DNA of 64,000 nucleotides from Eledone cirrhosa (lineage: Eukaryota): positions 318,804,001 to 318,868,000 of the forward strand of contig OZ024741.1 of the NCBI GenBank assembly GCA_964016885.1, written 5' to 3'. How positions within the stretch are numbered: position 1 is the stretch's first letter; every line of letters begins with the position of its first letter. The translations under genes and the position numbers were made by a program. The notes under the pieces were generated by a model. The model saw only the letters and a program-made list of their open reading frames with translations, ran no database searches and was not told the origin of the DNA. Below, piece by piece: positions 11,161 through 24,000 of the stretch.

Positions 11161-14100
11161 ATGGCCATATTAAGAGTAGGAAGTTTAAATGTTCGCGGCC
11201 TGGGGTCACCCTGGAAGCAGGGTCGCCTGCTCAACGACCTCCGGTCGCTGGAAATGGATGTGATTGCCGTCGGCGAGACCAGAATTTCCGACACGCGCGC
11301 ACTAGCCCCCATTTTCGGCGACTATCAGATCTTCGCATCTGTTAGCAGGCCGGGAATGGGGGGTGGGGTGGCAGTGCTGTTTAGGAAAGGACTGGATCTC
11401 GAGGTAAGGTCGATCTTCCGGGACCCGGACGGTAAGTTGGTGGTCTTGGATGTGAGCAGTAGCGAAGGTGGTGCCTTTAGACTGCTGGCCGTCTACGCCC
11501 CTACAGGGGACGGACGACCTGACTTCTTTAGGCGCCTGGAGACTTTTCTGGGTACGTCTCGCCCTTTACTGTTAGCGGGGGACTAGAATGGCATCTTAGA
11601 CGCACGCTGGGATTGTGTGGGAGTAGCCGATAGGAGCGGGGGGTGCAAAAGCCTCAAGTACCTACTCAGCCAGTTCCAACTGTCTGACAGGTATCGACTA
11701 GATTTCCCCAATGTGCCAGTATGAACATGGACCAACCGAATGGGGTCATCTAGATCGTATATAGACAGGATCTTCATTAGGAAAATAGATAGAAATAGTG
11801 TGGGCTGTCCACTTTTTAAAACGGTCGCCTATTGAGATCACAAATTTGTGATCTGTACGTTCGACCTAAATAAAACGCGTAGGTTAGGACCGGGTTACTG
11901 GAAGCTGAACATGTCATTTCCGGCACGTAAGGCTTACAGGGACCGAGTCAACAATTTAGTTAAGCAAAAGTCGACAGGGGGGATCATCAACAACAGATGG
12001 TGGGTGGTTCTCAAAAGAGAGATTAGAGTAACTTCGATAGAGTTCAGCAAAGAACTAGCGTTAGAGAAAAATAGAAAGGAGGGGGAGCTGGTAGATAAGT
12101 TAGACGAGGCTATTTGTAGTGGCATTGCAACTGACGTGCTAGCGGCGAGAATGGCATTAGACCATTTCTTCAATGCGAAACACGAAGGTTGCATTGTCAG
12201 AGCTAAGGCGCGTGCGCTGAGAAACGAGGGAACTAAAGCTGTTCGATGGGCCCGCGTGGCGGAGGCGCAGCGTGGTAATAAAACCACAATTCGGTGTTTA
12301 GCGGACCGAGACGGACACGAGATAAGCGATTCCAAGCGGATGTGTGAGGCCTTTCGCCAGCACTTTGCTAGGTTGTTCAGAGAGAGTGGCGAGTCAGAGA
12401 GAGTAGCGGATTTCAGTCCCTACCTTGACAGCTTGCCGCGCATCTCGACGGTCGACGCTGCGCGCTGCGAAAGGCCGATTACTTCAGCCGAAATTCAGGA
12501 CGCCCTTGTCGGCTGCATGAGGCGCAAGTCACCCGGTTTGCATGGCCTGCCCTACGAGCTTTACGTAAATATGCCAGACTTGTTCTCCGAACTCCTCGAA
12601 GCACTCTACTGCAACTGGCAGCAGAATGGGAGTATTCCCAGTTCTGTGAGCAGGGGAGTGGTGACGCTGATAAGGAAAGACGAGAACAAGATGGATACAT
12701 TAGACAACTTCAGGCCCATAACTCTGCTCAACACAGAGTTTAAGATTTTGGCCAAGGTGTTAGCAAAGAGATTGGCGCTTGTCGTCGAGGATTTGGTTGG
12801 GGAGGCGCAAATTTGCGCAATCCCAGCCAGATCCATACACGACAATCTCCACCTCATGCGATACATCATAGAGAGGGTAGGGTGTAAACCTGGCTTCGGT
12901 GGAGCACTGATCAATTTAGATCAATCGAAAGCATTCGATAGGGTCGACCATCGGTATCTGGAGTTTGTCCTCAAAGCAGCTGGCTTCGGCCCTGTCTTTA
13001 GAAGCTGGATCGTTGCAATGCACAGCGGCACACGCTCGGTGGTCAAGGTTAATAGCCACCTCTCGGAACCATTTCGGCTCTCCCGATAGGTCCGTCAAGG
13101 GTGCCTCTCTCTTCCCTTCTGTACGTATTGACTCTCGAGCCTTTACTGCGGAAGCTGGAGCTGTTGCAAGGCATCCCGCTCGAACCGGGACGTGGAAAGG
13201 CGGTGTCGGCTTATGCGGACGACATCACCGTGATGGTGTCAAACACCTCAGAAATCGAGGTGGTCGGCACCTTATTGAAGGAATATGAAAGGTTGACAGG
13301 AGCCAAACTTAACCCGGTAAAGTCGGTGGGCTTGCAGCTCGGAACCTGGACAGGCAAGCTCATGCCGTCCAACAGCGTCGTGGGGCGCTGGACGGACGGA
13401 CCGGTAAAGTTGCTCGGGGTTTGGTTCGGACCAGACCTCCAGGTGGAAAAGAATTGGGACGAGGTAACAAGCAGAGTAGCCAGTCTCACCAAAAAATGGG
13501 CTGGGAGGAAGCTATCACTGAAAGGTCGCGCGGAGGTGGCGAATGCGTACATCGCGTCCGTCATCTACTACCGCCTGACCGTCGTGCCTTGCCCCCGTCC
13601 GCTCCTCGTCAAGTTGGAACGGCTCCTCTTCAAATTCTTGTGGAGGGGACAAGTTCCGTTGGTGAGGCGGTCCATCTGCTACCAGCACTCTCTACGCGGA
13701 GGGCTGGGCATGCCGTGGCTAATGATGCGCAGACATGCGTTGAGGCTGCGACATCTCCAGATATTCTGCCTCAACGGTGAACAGGTGTGGTCGCCGTTTA
13801 TCAGCGGGCCTTTCCGCAGCTCATTTCTTTGACTGAGCTGCAGTCCTGGGTCAAGAAGAGATCGAGACTGGGTGACTGGCACCTGGAATGTTGCCAGGCA
13901 CTCACTGCCCTCTACCAAGCGAGCAATGCGATCAGTGGAACTTCCACTCTCGAGTTCTATAGAGGATTAGTGGTGGGCAAGTGCGATGACGCACTCGGAA
14001 AAGCTTTGGGCCTCGACGAAGTCGAACTGACCAATCTGTACCGGAGGACTTTTGAGCCGGGGACGATGGACAATTTCCAGAAATCCCTCGCTTGGCAGTG

Positions 14101-14559
14101 CTTCCGAGGGGCACTGCCGGTTCGGGATAAACTCTACAGGCACGGAAGTGCTGTCAGACGGACCTGCCCAAGATGCGCACAGAACGACGCACTGGTCCAA
14201 TGTCCGTGCATTACTGACTTGTGGAGTTATATCGAACAGCTACTGTCGCGTGTGGAACGAATCCGGCTATCGGCCGAGTCCATAGTGAAGATCGATCCAC
14301 CGCCTTCCTTAGGTCAGGAAGAGCAGGAAATTTTCCTCTGTCTGGTGGCAGTTGCGAAAGAGATTATATGGTGGACCAGGTTGAAAGGACAGACACTTTT
14401 CTCTTCAGCCAATCCCTCATCAACTTCTTCAAGTTCCACCTGGAAAGGAAGGTGAGGGTGGAGAGAGAAGTGCTGCTCCCCAGTACATTTGCTAAAAGGT
14501 GGGTGAATGTGGCGAGAATGGCTCGTGTGAATGGGCCTACTCTGACCATGCGCCTATAG
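11161..14559 (+). pseudogene. Tx1-B ORF2 (APE-RT) with premature stops and frameshifts
   Basis: Pieces 11161-11586, 11848-13089, 13101-13832, 13787-14455, 14221-14559 collinear with ORF2 of A and C; TGG->TAG at 11584. Confidence 0.92.
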
Positions 14560-14865
14560 GCTAGCTAGCTCGAGGAGAGGGGTGCTCTCCCTGGGTGCCC
14601 TAGAAGCGCAGGGTGGTTCAGGATTGGTGGGGTACCCGAGTCACCCCAGGGTCGTCCACCCGCTATCGGGGAATTTATTTTGTTATATTTATGCATATTT
14701 TATTTTATATTTTTATATTTTCATTGTTAAATTAGTCTTGCCATTGTTCACTTTTACTCGACCTTATTGTAAACCTCCACTGTCCCTGTCTTTGTATTTT
14801 CCCCTACATGTCGGCCCTTGTGGCTAATAAATGAAATCATTATTATTATTATTATTATTATTATT

Positions 14866-15063
14866 GGTGGATTGGCAGTATCGGTAGAGGGTCGGACGCC
14901 ATGCTTTGACGCATTGAGTTACGGCCCTTGCCATTCTGAGTTCAAATCCCGCCGAGGTTAACTTTGCCTTTCATCCTTACGGGGTCGATAAAATAAAGTA
15001 CCAGTCACGCACTGGGGTCGATTTTCCCCAAAATTGCTGGCCTTGTGCCTATATAAAAAAACC
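14866..15063 (+). mobile_element. tRNA-derived SINE family 1 (Meta/MESC-like core), inside (ATT)n
   Basis: A box tggcagtatcggtag, B box gagttcaaatccc, core gcctttcatccttacggggtcgataaaataaagtaccag, (att)n tail; >12 copies in window. Confidence 0.88.
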
Positions 15064-15090
15064 ATTATTATTATTATTATTATTATTATT

Positions 15091-18000
15091 ACTACAGTTG
15101 CATTTATCTTGCTTTATGTTCATACGAGTTATCACCAAGTCACAACCAGTGACCTCAAGAGACAACAAGGTCCGCCATGTTCAAGAAACAACACACATAC
15201 ACACACATGCATCTTTAGGTATTTAGACTTGTGATGTACTTATATTGACAGAATCTTCCTTAGTATATGGGCAGTTCCCATTAGTACTATCTTTTGTATT
15301 TCTCCTATACGCGGGTTTCCTGGGATTTGCGATAAGTAATCATTAGACCCCTTAGGTATCATTCCCAGAGCGCCTACAACCACTGGTATTGTTTTAGTTC
15401 TCAATTTCCACATTTTTCCAATTTCTATCTCCAGGTCCTTATACTTGCTCAATTTTTCAAATGTTTTTATATAGATACATTCTTGTTTATTGGAACGGAC
15501 ATATCAATTAGCAGGCATACCCTCTTTTTAAAGTCCTTCAGTATTATATCAGGTCTATTTGCATCTATTTTTCGGTCTGTTTGGATGCTAAAGTTCCACA
15601 AGATTGAGATGTGATCTTTTTCAAGAACGGGAGGTGGTTGATGCTCTCACCAAATCTTTTGATGGGGCAGGTCAAAATGCTTACAGATTATCCAATGTAT
15701 GCATTGTGCAGCTCTGTCGTGCCTGTTTAGGTATTCGGTTGGAGCTATAGGACTGCACATTGAAATTATATGGTCAATGGTCTCTGGTTGTTTTTTACAT
15801 ACACGGCATAATGGGTTGCATCCATTTTTTATTATGTTGGCTTGGTAATTTTTTGTTGGCATACACTGATCTAGTGCTGATATAATTAGTCCTTCGGTCT
15901 CCGATTTCAGTCCAGAGGATGCCAACCATTGATGGGTTAAAGTTTTGTCAACATCAGAATTGTTAGCTCTTTCTGGCTATTTTCCATACAGAGGCTTTTC
16001 TTGCCATTTCTTAGCCAGTTTCTGTAGCAGTTCTTTCTTTGCAGTTACTTTTACTTGCTTTGCTTTTTCTGTGTTTTTCATTTCAGCAGTAAATGGAACT
16101 TCTGAAATTTGTAGTCCATTACTGTATCTTTGTGCATCTTTGTGCATCTTTTGATGCTTTCGTGTTTCAAAACGAGTTTGATCATCCAATCATGTGATTC
16201 CCTTAGATATATAGATAATCCAATTGTTGCAGTTTTCAACGCAATATCTAACTGGATTAACCCACGTCCTGCTTCTTTCCTAGGGAGATATATTCTATCT
16301 GTATCTGCCTTAGGGTGATGCATTCTGTGCATGGTTAATAATTTTATAATTTTTGTATCGAGCCTACGGATCTCTGTGCTTGACCAGTTGATGACATTGT
16401 AACTGTAATTTACTACTGGTATGGCAAGCGTGTTTATGGCATCGATGCTATTCCTTACATTCAATTCCGTTCTTAAGATTGCTCTTACTCTGCGGTAACA
16501 TTCCTTCCTTATCCTTTCCCTCATTGTCGAGTGCTTGATTCCGTCTCCTTCACAAACACCTAGATATTTGTAAGTTTCTTCTTGATCAAGTTCTCTTATC
16601 ACATTCCCCCGATCAAGATTAATGTCTGAACTTTACAGCAGCTTTCCTCTGGTGAACGTTACTTTGGCGCATTTATCTAATCCAAACTCCATTTTAATGT
16701 CATCACTGAACTGCTTGCAATTGTTCATCATTTTTTGCAAATAGTTTCAGGTCATCCATGTAGAACAAGTGATTAATGGTTTTGTCATAGACTTTATATC
16801 CATGTTTTGTTTCATTGAGCATTTTACTTAATGGTATAAATGCGATGCAGAATAAAAGTGGTGATAAAGAGTCATCCTGAAAAATTCAACAATTAATATT
16901 AACTTCTCCAGCTTCCAGTGATTTTTTTTCACTATTCAAAAGGAGTGTCGTTTTCCATGTCTTCATACTGAATGACAGGAACCTCCTAACAACGGGAGAT
17001 ATTTTGAAAATCTCTAAACATTTTTCAATCCAACTGTGTGGCAAACTATCGAATGCTTTTTTGTAATCTATCCAAGCAATTGATAGATTTTTGTGTCTAT
17101 TATGACAATCTTCTAGTATCATTTTGTTAACCAAAAGCTGATCTTTACAGCCATATGAGCCTCATTTACACCCTTTCTGCTCATTGGGAAATAGATCATT
17201 TGTTATCAGGTGATCATATGTATATTCAGTTAGGACTGATGTTAAAATGTTATACATTGTGGTCAAGCAAGTTTTTGGGATTGTTTGTCTCATTATTCTT
17301 CGGAAGTAGGAATGTAATGCCGTTAACTAGCCATGATGATAACTTTTCTGGCTCCTTAACCATTTCATTGTGAAGTTGGGTTAACAGCTCATGAGACTCT
17401 GTGAAGGCATTTATCCAAAAATTTGGTATTTTGTCTTTTCCTGTGGATTTCCATTTGCTTGTTTTTTCTAAGAGCCAAACGCAACTGTTCAACTGTTATA
17501 TTTTCCCATATTTGTTCCTCAAGGTGAGCTGTATCTTTCATTTGTCTGTCTATCCATGGGGCATGTATATTATGAACTTTTTCTTTGGTCCAGATCTTTT
17601 CCCAAAATTCTTGCACTTCCTCCTTGGGTGGTATTGATTTAGCAGTTATTGTTGACTTGCCAATTTTTTGGTAGAAGTTTCTTTGGTTGTTTTTGAACAT
17701 ATTATTGTCCTTATAGAATCTAGATCGTTTTTCAAAGCACCTTATACGAGCAGCTTTGGCCGACACTTTTTGCTTGATTATTTCTATCAGCATGTCTATG
17801 TCACTTGTTGATTTTATACTGTACTTTCTTTTCAATTTTCTAAGTTTAGTTTGTTTAACATGTTCACCTACTTTGTAGTTTGTTAAAATGTCTATGTCAG
17901 ATCGGAGAAGGTTTATTTGGCGATTGATGTTCTCTTGCCAAGTAGGTTTCTTGTGGGAATTCCTTTGTTTTTTCATTTTCACTTCACATAAATGAGTGGT

Positions 18001-18307
18001 GACTTTAGCCGATGCATAATAGAGATGATTTAGATCAATAATGTTTAGTTTGTTTGTGATGATAATGTTTTTGAGAATTATGTTAGTCTTGTGTATTATC
18101 TTTTGGTTCTGTTTGGAGTTCTGGATCTTGGGGAGAGTGTCTCGTTCCCCCATGTCAGATTCTTTCATTTTCATTCATTCGATCATAATTTCATTCTTCA
18201 AGTTGGCAAGTTCATTCTCATTCATTTCTTTATCATTTACGATCTCATTGTTTTCATTTTGAGCTTCATCTTGAGCATCAACTCCCTCCACTTGTTCGAT
18301 CCTTTCC
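15091..18307 (-). mobile_element. R4/Dong-type REL non-LTR retrotransposon, decayed, bounded by (TAA)n on its own strand
   Basis: RT: WIDYKKAFDSLPHSWI, HLFYMDDLKL, YKYLG; CCHC CRVCKKQPETIDHIISMC; REL RPDIIL..KYKDLEIEI..IPVVVGALG..ILRKILSI; many frameshifts. Confidence 0.9.
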
Positions 18308-18327
18308 TTATTATTATTATTATTATT

Positions 18328-18695
18328 TGGCAGTATCGGTAGAGGGTCGGACGCCATGCTTTCCAGCATAGTTACGTCCCTTTACGATCTGAGTTCAAAT
18401 CCCGCCGAGGTTGACTTTGCCTTTCATCCTTACGGGGTCGATAAAATAAAGTACCAGTAATGCACTGGGTAATTGCTGGCCTTGTGCCTAAAGTAGAAAC
18501 AATTATTATTATTATTATTGGCAGTATCGGTAGAGGGTCGGACGCCATGCTTTGCAGCAAAGAGTTACGACCCTTTATAGTCTGAATTCAAATCCCGCCG
18601 AGGTTAACTTTGCCTTTCGTCCTTACGGGGTCGATAAAATAAAGTACCAGTAATACACTGGAATAATTGCTGGCTTTTTTCCAAAAGTAGAAACA
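18328..18695 (+). mobile_element. Two head-to-tail SINE family 1 copies (18328-18500, 18518-18695) separated by (ATT)n
   Basis: Same head/core/tail as 14866-15063. Confidence 0.9.
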
Positions 18696-18940
18696 ATTAT
18701 TATTATTATTATTATTATTATAGAATGCTATGGTTGACGGAGGCTCGGCTCTGTAAGGTATTGTAAATTTTGAACGCTATAACAATTGTAAATTGTTTAA
18801 AACTTTTACCAACTTGTAGACAAAAACACCCTCCTCCTCGTGAGAGGGGTCTTTCTGCCCGTTATTTGGCCCTTCGGGGTTAAATAACTGCTTATTGGGG
18901 TTTTGTGCTCAATATTTATTTTAAACAAAAAAAAAACAAC

Positions 18941-21042
18941 ATGGCTACGAAAAAGAATTTTCATAGGTCACTCCCACTCATTCCGTCTTCTTCTTCCTCA
19001 ATCGTCACTACAGCAGAGAGAAGATTGTCTCTCTCCCTCCCTTCTTTAAATGTGTCTCTCTCCCTCCCTTCTCTTTCGCAAGCGACGACAGAAAAGAAAA
19101 GTCTCGTGCAAAGCGTGCAAGATTTCTCCACGACAACGACGACGAAACAGGTGTGCGGGAAATACGAAAACCCATTTCATTCGTCTGACGTCAGGAATAA
19201 TAGCAGTAGCAGCCGTAATAACAACAGCAACAATGACAATGAAAACAACAGTAGCAGCCGCAACAGCATCAGCAGCAGCATAAACAACAACAGCATTAGC
19301 AGCAGCAACAACAACAACAACCACAGCAACAGCGGCGGCGGCAGTAGTCGTAGTACCTGCACCAACAACAAAAGTAACAGCAGCTCTGACGACAACAACA
19401 ACAACAGCAGCAAAGAAAAGCCAATCTCGTTTGCAGGTATCGCGAAGAACCTGGAAACAATCCTCATAACAAATGAGGAATTAGAGGAAGCGAAGAAGAT
19501 GGTGACAAAAACTGGACACCGAGCAATCTGCAAGGCAGCGGAAAAATTTTTCGAAACCCAACAGCACTGTACGGTCACGTACCGTACAGTAAGTACAAAA
19601 TCCCGTAGGGTGGAAAGAGCCACAGAGGCTCAAATACAAAAAGCCTTGGGGTCTGTGTGGCAGCGGAAAACACACATCACCCGAGGCAAGAAATATGCCA
19701 CCGTAGACGTACTTTTTGCCACACCCCAGGAGGCAAAGGCTCAATCCGTAGTGACCCTAAGGAGCGAGGAAATGGTGTTGGTGCCCTCCTACTGCGGGCA
19801 AAAAATTGTGAGGGTCAAACTGACCCCCACCCCCCCGGGATGGCCCCTTCTTGGCTGGCCGCGTCTGTCCTCGTCGGAATCGAGGACAAAACAACTGTAC
19901 TGCAAGTACAGAAAAAAGTAAGAGAAGATTGGGTCGGCACCTCCATTGAGATGTTAATCCAAACCAACCAGGAGTGCATCGAAGCTATCCCGGATGTGAT
20001 AGACTTCGATAACGGCACTCAACTGCCCATAAGAGTTGAGGGCAAACGCCCGAAATGCTTTCGCTGTGGATCGAAGACTCACCTCAGGGCCTTCTGCAAC
20101 GAGAAGACCCTGAGAAAGGAGAAAACCCCCCTCCTTCCGAAACCGGCTCCACGGCTACCAGCAACAGGACAAGCGGCAACCAGGAACGATAGGTCCGTGG
20201 CACCCATACCCACGCCACGGAAATCAAAAACAGCAGCAGCAGTGGAAATATTGACAACAACAACAGCAATACCAAATGCAGCTGCAACAGAGACTCCAGT
20301 GCAAACATCACCAACAACAACAAGTGAAAGAGTGGAGCTGGTACCCCTCCCCGACCTCACAGAATCAGACATGGAGTGTGAGGTGGGAGAGGGATGGCAA
20401 AAGGTCGTAAGAAGGCACAAACGCAGAAGCAGCGCATCGTCGCCTTTGAAAAGGGAGGAAAGAAATGAAAAAAGGGTAAAGTCTACTGCAAAGAGACTCA
20501 CAGCAGCAACACCACCAACACCATCACCACTCACACTAGCACCACCATCACCACCGGCGACAACCCCACCGCCAACAACAACAACACCTTCAACACCACC
20601 ACCACAAGCACCAACATCGCAAACACAACAACAAAACACACACACCCAGCAAAAACGACAAGAAAATAGCAGAACCACACCCCACCCCCAGAAAAACAAA
20701 TGCATGGCAATAAATACACACAACAAGAAACTAATGACTTACATAATTGAACACACAGACATTTCACAACACGACTACATAATACCAGCACCAATCAAAA
20801 CGCCAACTAACATAAGACTGCTAAAAATAGCACAGAAACAATACACAAACATTAAAACGAAATTCCCCAACGCAGTTGGTGATTTCAGAGACCTAGGAGG
20901 AACTATCAACCGAAGAGTATATTCGGACATACTCATAGAAGAGCCGACGACCAGCCGAAGGGATGATTCAACGGTCCCTTCACCAGACGATCAAGTGAAA
21001 AGGGATGTAAAAACCATCCCTCCTCTACGAAAAGTACGGTAA
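18941..21042 (+). pseudogene. Tx1-C ORF1 with a single frameshift in a C run at ~19830
   Basis: ORFs 18905-19921 and 19657-21042 join (VRVKLTPTPP|GMAPSWL) if one C is added; knuckle CFRCGSKTHLRAFC. Confidence 0.85.
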
Positions 21043-21077
21043 GTGGTCTTTCCCATCTTTTCCACTCTATTTTAAAC

Positions 21078-24000
21078 ATGACCTCACTCAGAATAGGCAG
21101 CATAAATGCGCGTGGCTTGGGGTCGTCATGGAAGCAGGGTCACCTGCTCAACGACCTCAGGTCACTAAACATAGATGTAGTGGCCATCAGCGAGACCAGA
21201 ATCTCCGAAGCACGGGCCTTCGCACCAATCTTCGGCAGCTACGATGTGTACGCATCTCCCAGCCGTCCTGGATCGGGGGGAGGAGTTGCTGTGCTTTTTC
21301 GGAGAGGTTTGGATCTCGCCATACGGGACATCTTCCTGGACCCAGAGGGTAAGTTGGTGGTGCTGGACGTGACCAGCGGAGACGGGCAAGCTTTCAGGCT
21401 AGTGGCCGTCTATGCCCCGACAGGAGCAGGGCGGCCTGATTTCTTCCGGCGTCTGGAGACCTTTCTTGGAACGTCCCGCTCTTTAGTGTTAGTGGGCGAC
21501 TGGAACGGGATCTTAGATGCACGCTGGGACTGTGTGGGATTAGCGGATAGGGGTGGAGGGTGCAAGAGCCACACCAACCTGCTCAGGCGTTTTGAACTGT
21601 CTGACAGGTACCGATTGGATTTCCCGAATGTGCCAATGTGGACTTGGACAAATCGCATATGGTCATCCAGATCATATCTAGATAGAGTATTTTGTAGGGA
21701 AATAGATAGGTCTAGCATAGGCTGTCCACAATTCAAGATAGTCAGCTACACGGACCACAAATTCGTGATCTGTGTGCTTGACTTAGATAGGCTTCATAGA
21801 CGAGGACCCGGCTACTGGAAGCTAAACGCGTCCTTACCAGCGCGCAAGGCCTACAGAGACCGGATTAGCGAACTAGTTAAGCGGGCGTTGACGGGGTCCA
21901 TCGTCAACAACAAGTGGTGGTTTGCTCTGAAAAGAGCGATTAGAATAGAATCCATTAGGTTTAGTAAGGCTTTAGCAATAGAGAAAAATAGAGCAGAGGG
22001 AGAACTAGTTAGAAAATTAGACGAGGCGCTTAGCAAAGGCATTGCGACCGACGTGCTTGCGGCGAAATTGGCCCTTGACCAATTCTTCAATGCAAAGCAC
22101 GAAGGCTGCGTTGTCAGAGCAAGGGTACGTGCTCTCAGACACGAGGGGACGAAAGCCGTTCAATGGGCCCGAGTGGCGGAGGCGCGTCGTGGCAACAAAG
22201 CCACGATCCGGTCTTTGGTGGACCACGACGGGCGCATGCTACTCGATCCCGGGCAAATGTGTGAAGCTTTTCAGCGACACTTCGCTCAGCTGTTCGGGGG
22301 CAGCGGTGAGCCGGGTAGAGGGATGGACTTTAGTGTCTACCTCGACGGACTGCCGCGGCTCTCGGCCACTGAGGCGAAGTGTTGCGAAAAGCCGATAACA
22401 GCCGCTGAAGTAAGGGAGGCAATGACTGGCTGCACAAGGGGTAAATCGCCTGGTTTGGATGGTCTGCCCTATGAACTTTACGTACAGATGCCAGACTTGT
22501 TCGGAGGCCTCTTGGCGGACGTCTACTGCAACTGGCAACAGAACGGGAGAATTCCCAGTTCTGTGAGCCGAGGAGCGGTGGCACTGCTGAGAAAGGATCC
22601 GAACAAGGGGGATAACATAGATAATTTCCGGCCCATAACTCTGCTAAACACAGAGTTCAAGATTTGGGCCAAGGTGCTAGCAAAGGGGTTGGCGCTTGTC
22701 GTTGGTGGTCTGGTGGGAGAGGCGCAGACATGCGCCATTCCCGACAGATCCATCCACGACAACCTCCACCTCATGCGATACATCATAGAGAGGGTAGCTA
22801 AGGAACCTGGCACGGGTGGGTCCTTGATCAATTTAGATCAGTCGAAAGCTTTCGATAGGGTCGACCATCGTTACCTAGCGGCAGTCCTGAGGGCGGCTGG
22901 CTTTGGGCCCGTCTTCAGAGGCTGGATCGCTGCCATGCACAGCGACATCTGCTCTGTGGTGAGAGTGAATGGTCACCTGTCGGAACCGTTCAACATCATG
23001 CGCTCGGTCCGCCAAGGATGTCCCCTCTCGTCCCTCTTGTGCGTATTGACTCTCGAGCCATTACTGCACAAACTGGAGACGTTGAGGGGAGTCCCGCGCG
23101 AACTAGGATGCGGAAGATCCGTGTCAGCATATGCGGACGATGTCACCGTAGTGGTGTCGAACGCCAAACACATCGAGGCGATCGGCACTACACTAAGAGA
23201 ATACGAAGCGGTGACAGGAGCAATGATCAACCAGGAAAAGTCAGTGGGCCTGCAGCTCGGCACCTGGAGAGGCAGGTCCATGCCGTCCAACAGCGTCGTC
23301 GGACGCTGGACGGACGGACCGGTTAAACTGCTAGGGGTCTGGTTCGGTCCGGACCTCCAGACGGACAAAAACTGGGACGAGGTGACGAGCAGGGTGGCTT
23401 CTCTCACCCAGAAATGGGCGGAGAGGAAGCTATCCCTGAAAGGTCGAGCGGAGGTGGCTAACGCGTACATCGCGTCTGTCATCTGCTACCGCCTGACCGT
23501 CGTACCTTGTCCTAAGCCTCGCCTGACTGCGCTGGAGCGTTTGCTCTTTCGCTTTTTGTGGAAGGGACGTGCTACGATGGTTAGGCGGTCCATCTGTTGT
23601 CAACACCCGCTACGTGGAGGGCTGGGCATGCCGTGGCTGATGATGCGCAGGCAGGCGCACAGGCTACGACATCTCCACCTCTTCCTCGACGGTGATCAGG
23701 TGTGGTCGCCGTTTGCTAGACACGTATTTCCCCAGCTCGTTTCCTTGACGGAGCTGCAGTCCTGGGTCAAGCGAAGACCGAGAGGGAGCGCCTGGAGACT
23801 GGAATGTCTTCAGGCGCTCACAGCCCTCGACCAATCGGGCAATGTGATCGGTGGAAACACCACCTCGGCGTTCTATAGAGGATTAGTGGAGGGGAAGAGC
23901 GACGACGTACTTGGGGAAACTCTAGGCGTCGACGAAAATCAACTAGCCAATCTCTTCGGAAGAACTTTCGGGCCAGGGCCTATGGACAACTTCCAGAAAT

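Larger units (their letters stand above)
9313..14838 (+). mobile_element. Tx1/L1-clade element copy B, 5'-truncated, ORF2 disrupted, ends in (ATT)n
   Basis: ORF1 + fragmented APE-RT; 3' end ggctAATAAAtgaaatc followed by (att)n. Confidence 0.92.

Noticed and set aside
14866-15063. Functional tRNA genes at A/B-box sites
   Set aside because: No cloverleaf; followed by SINE core and tail in many copies
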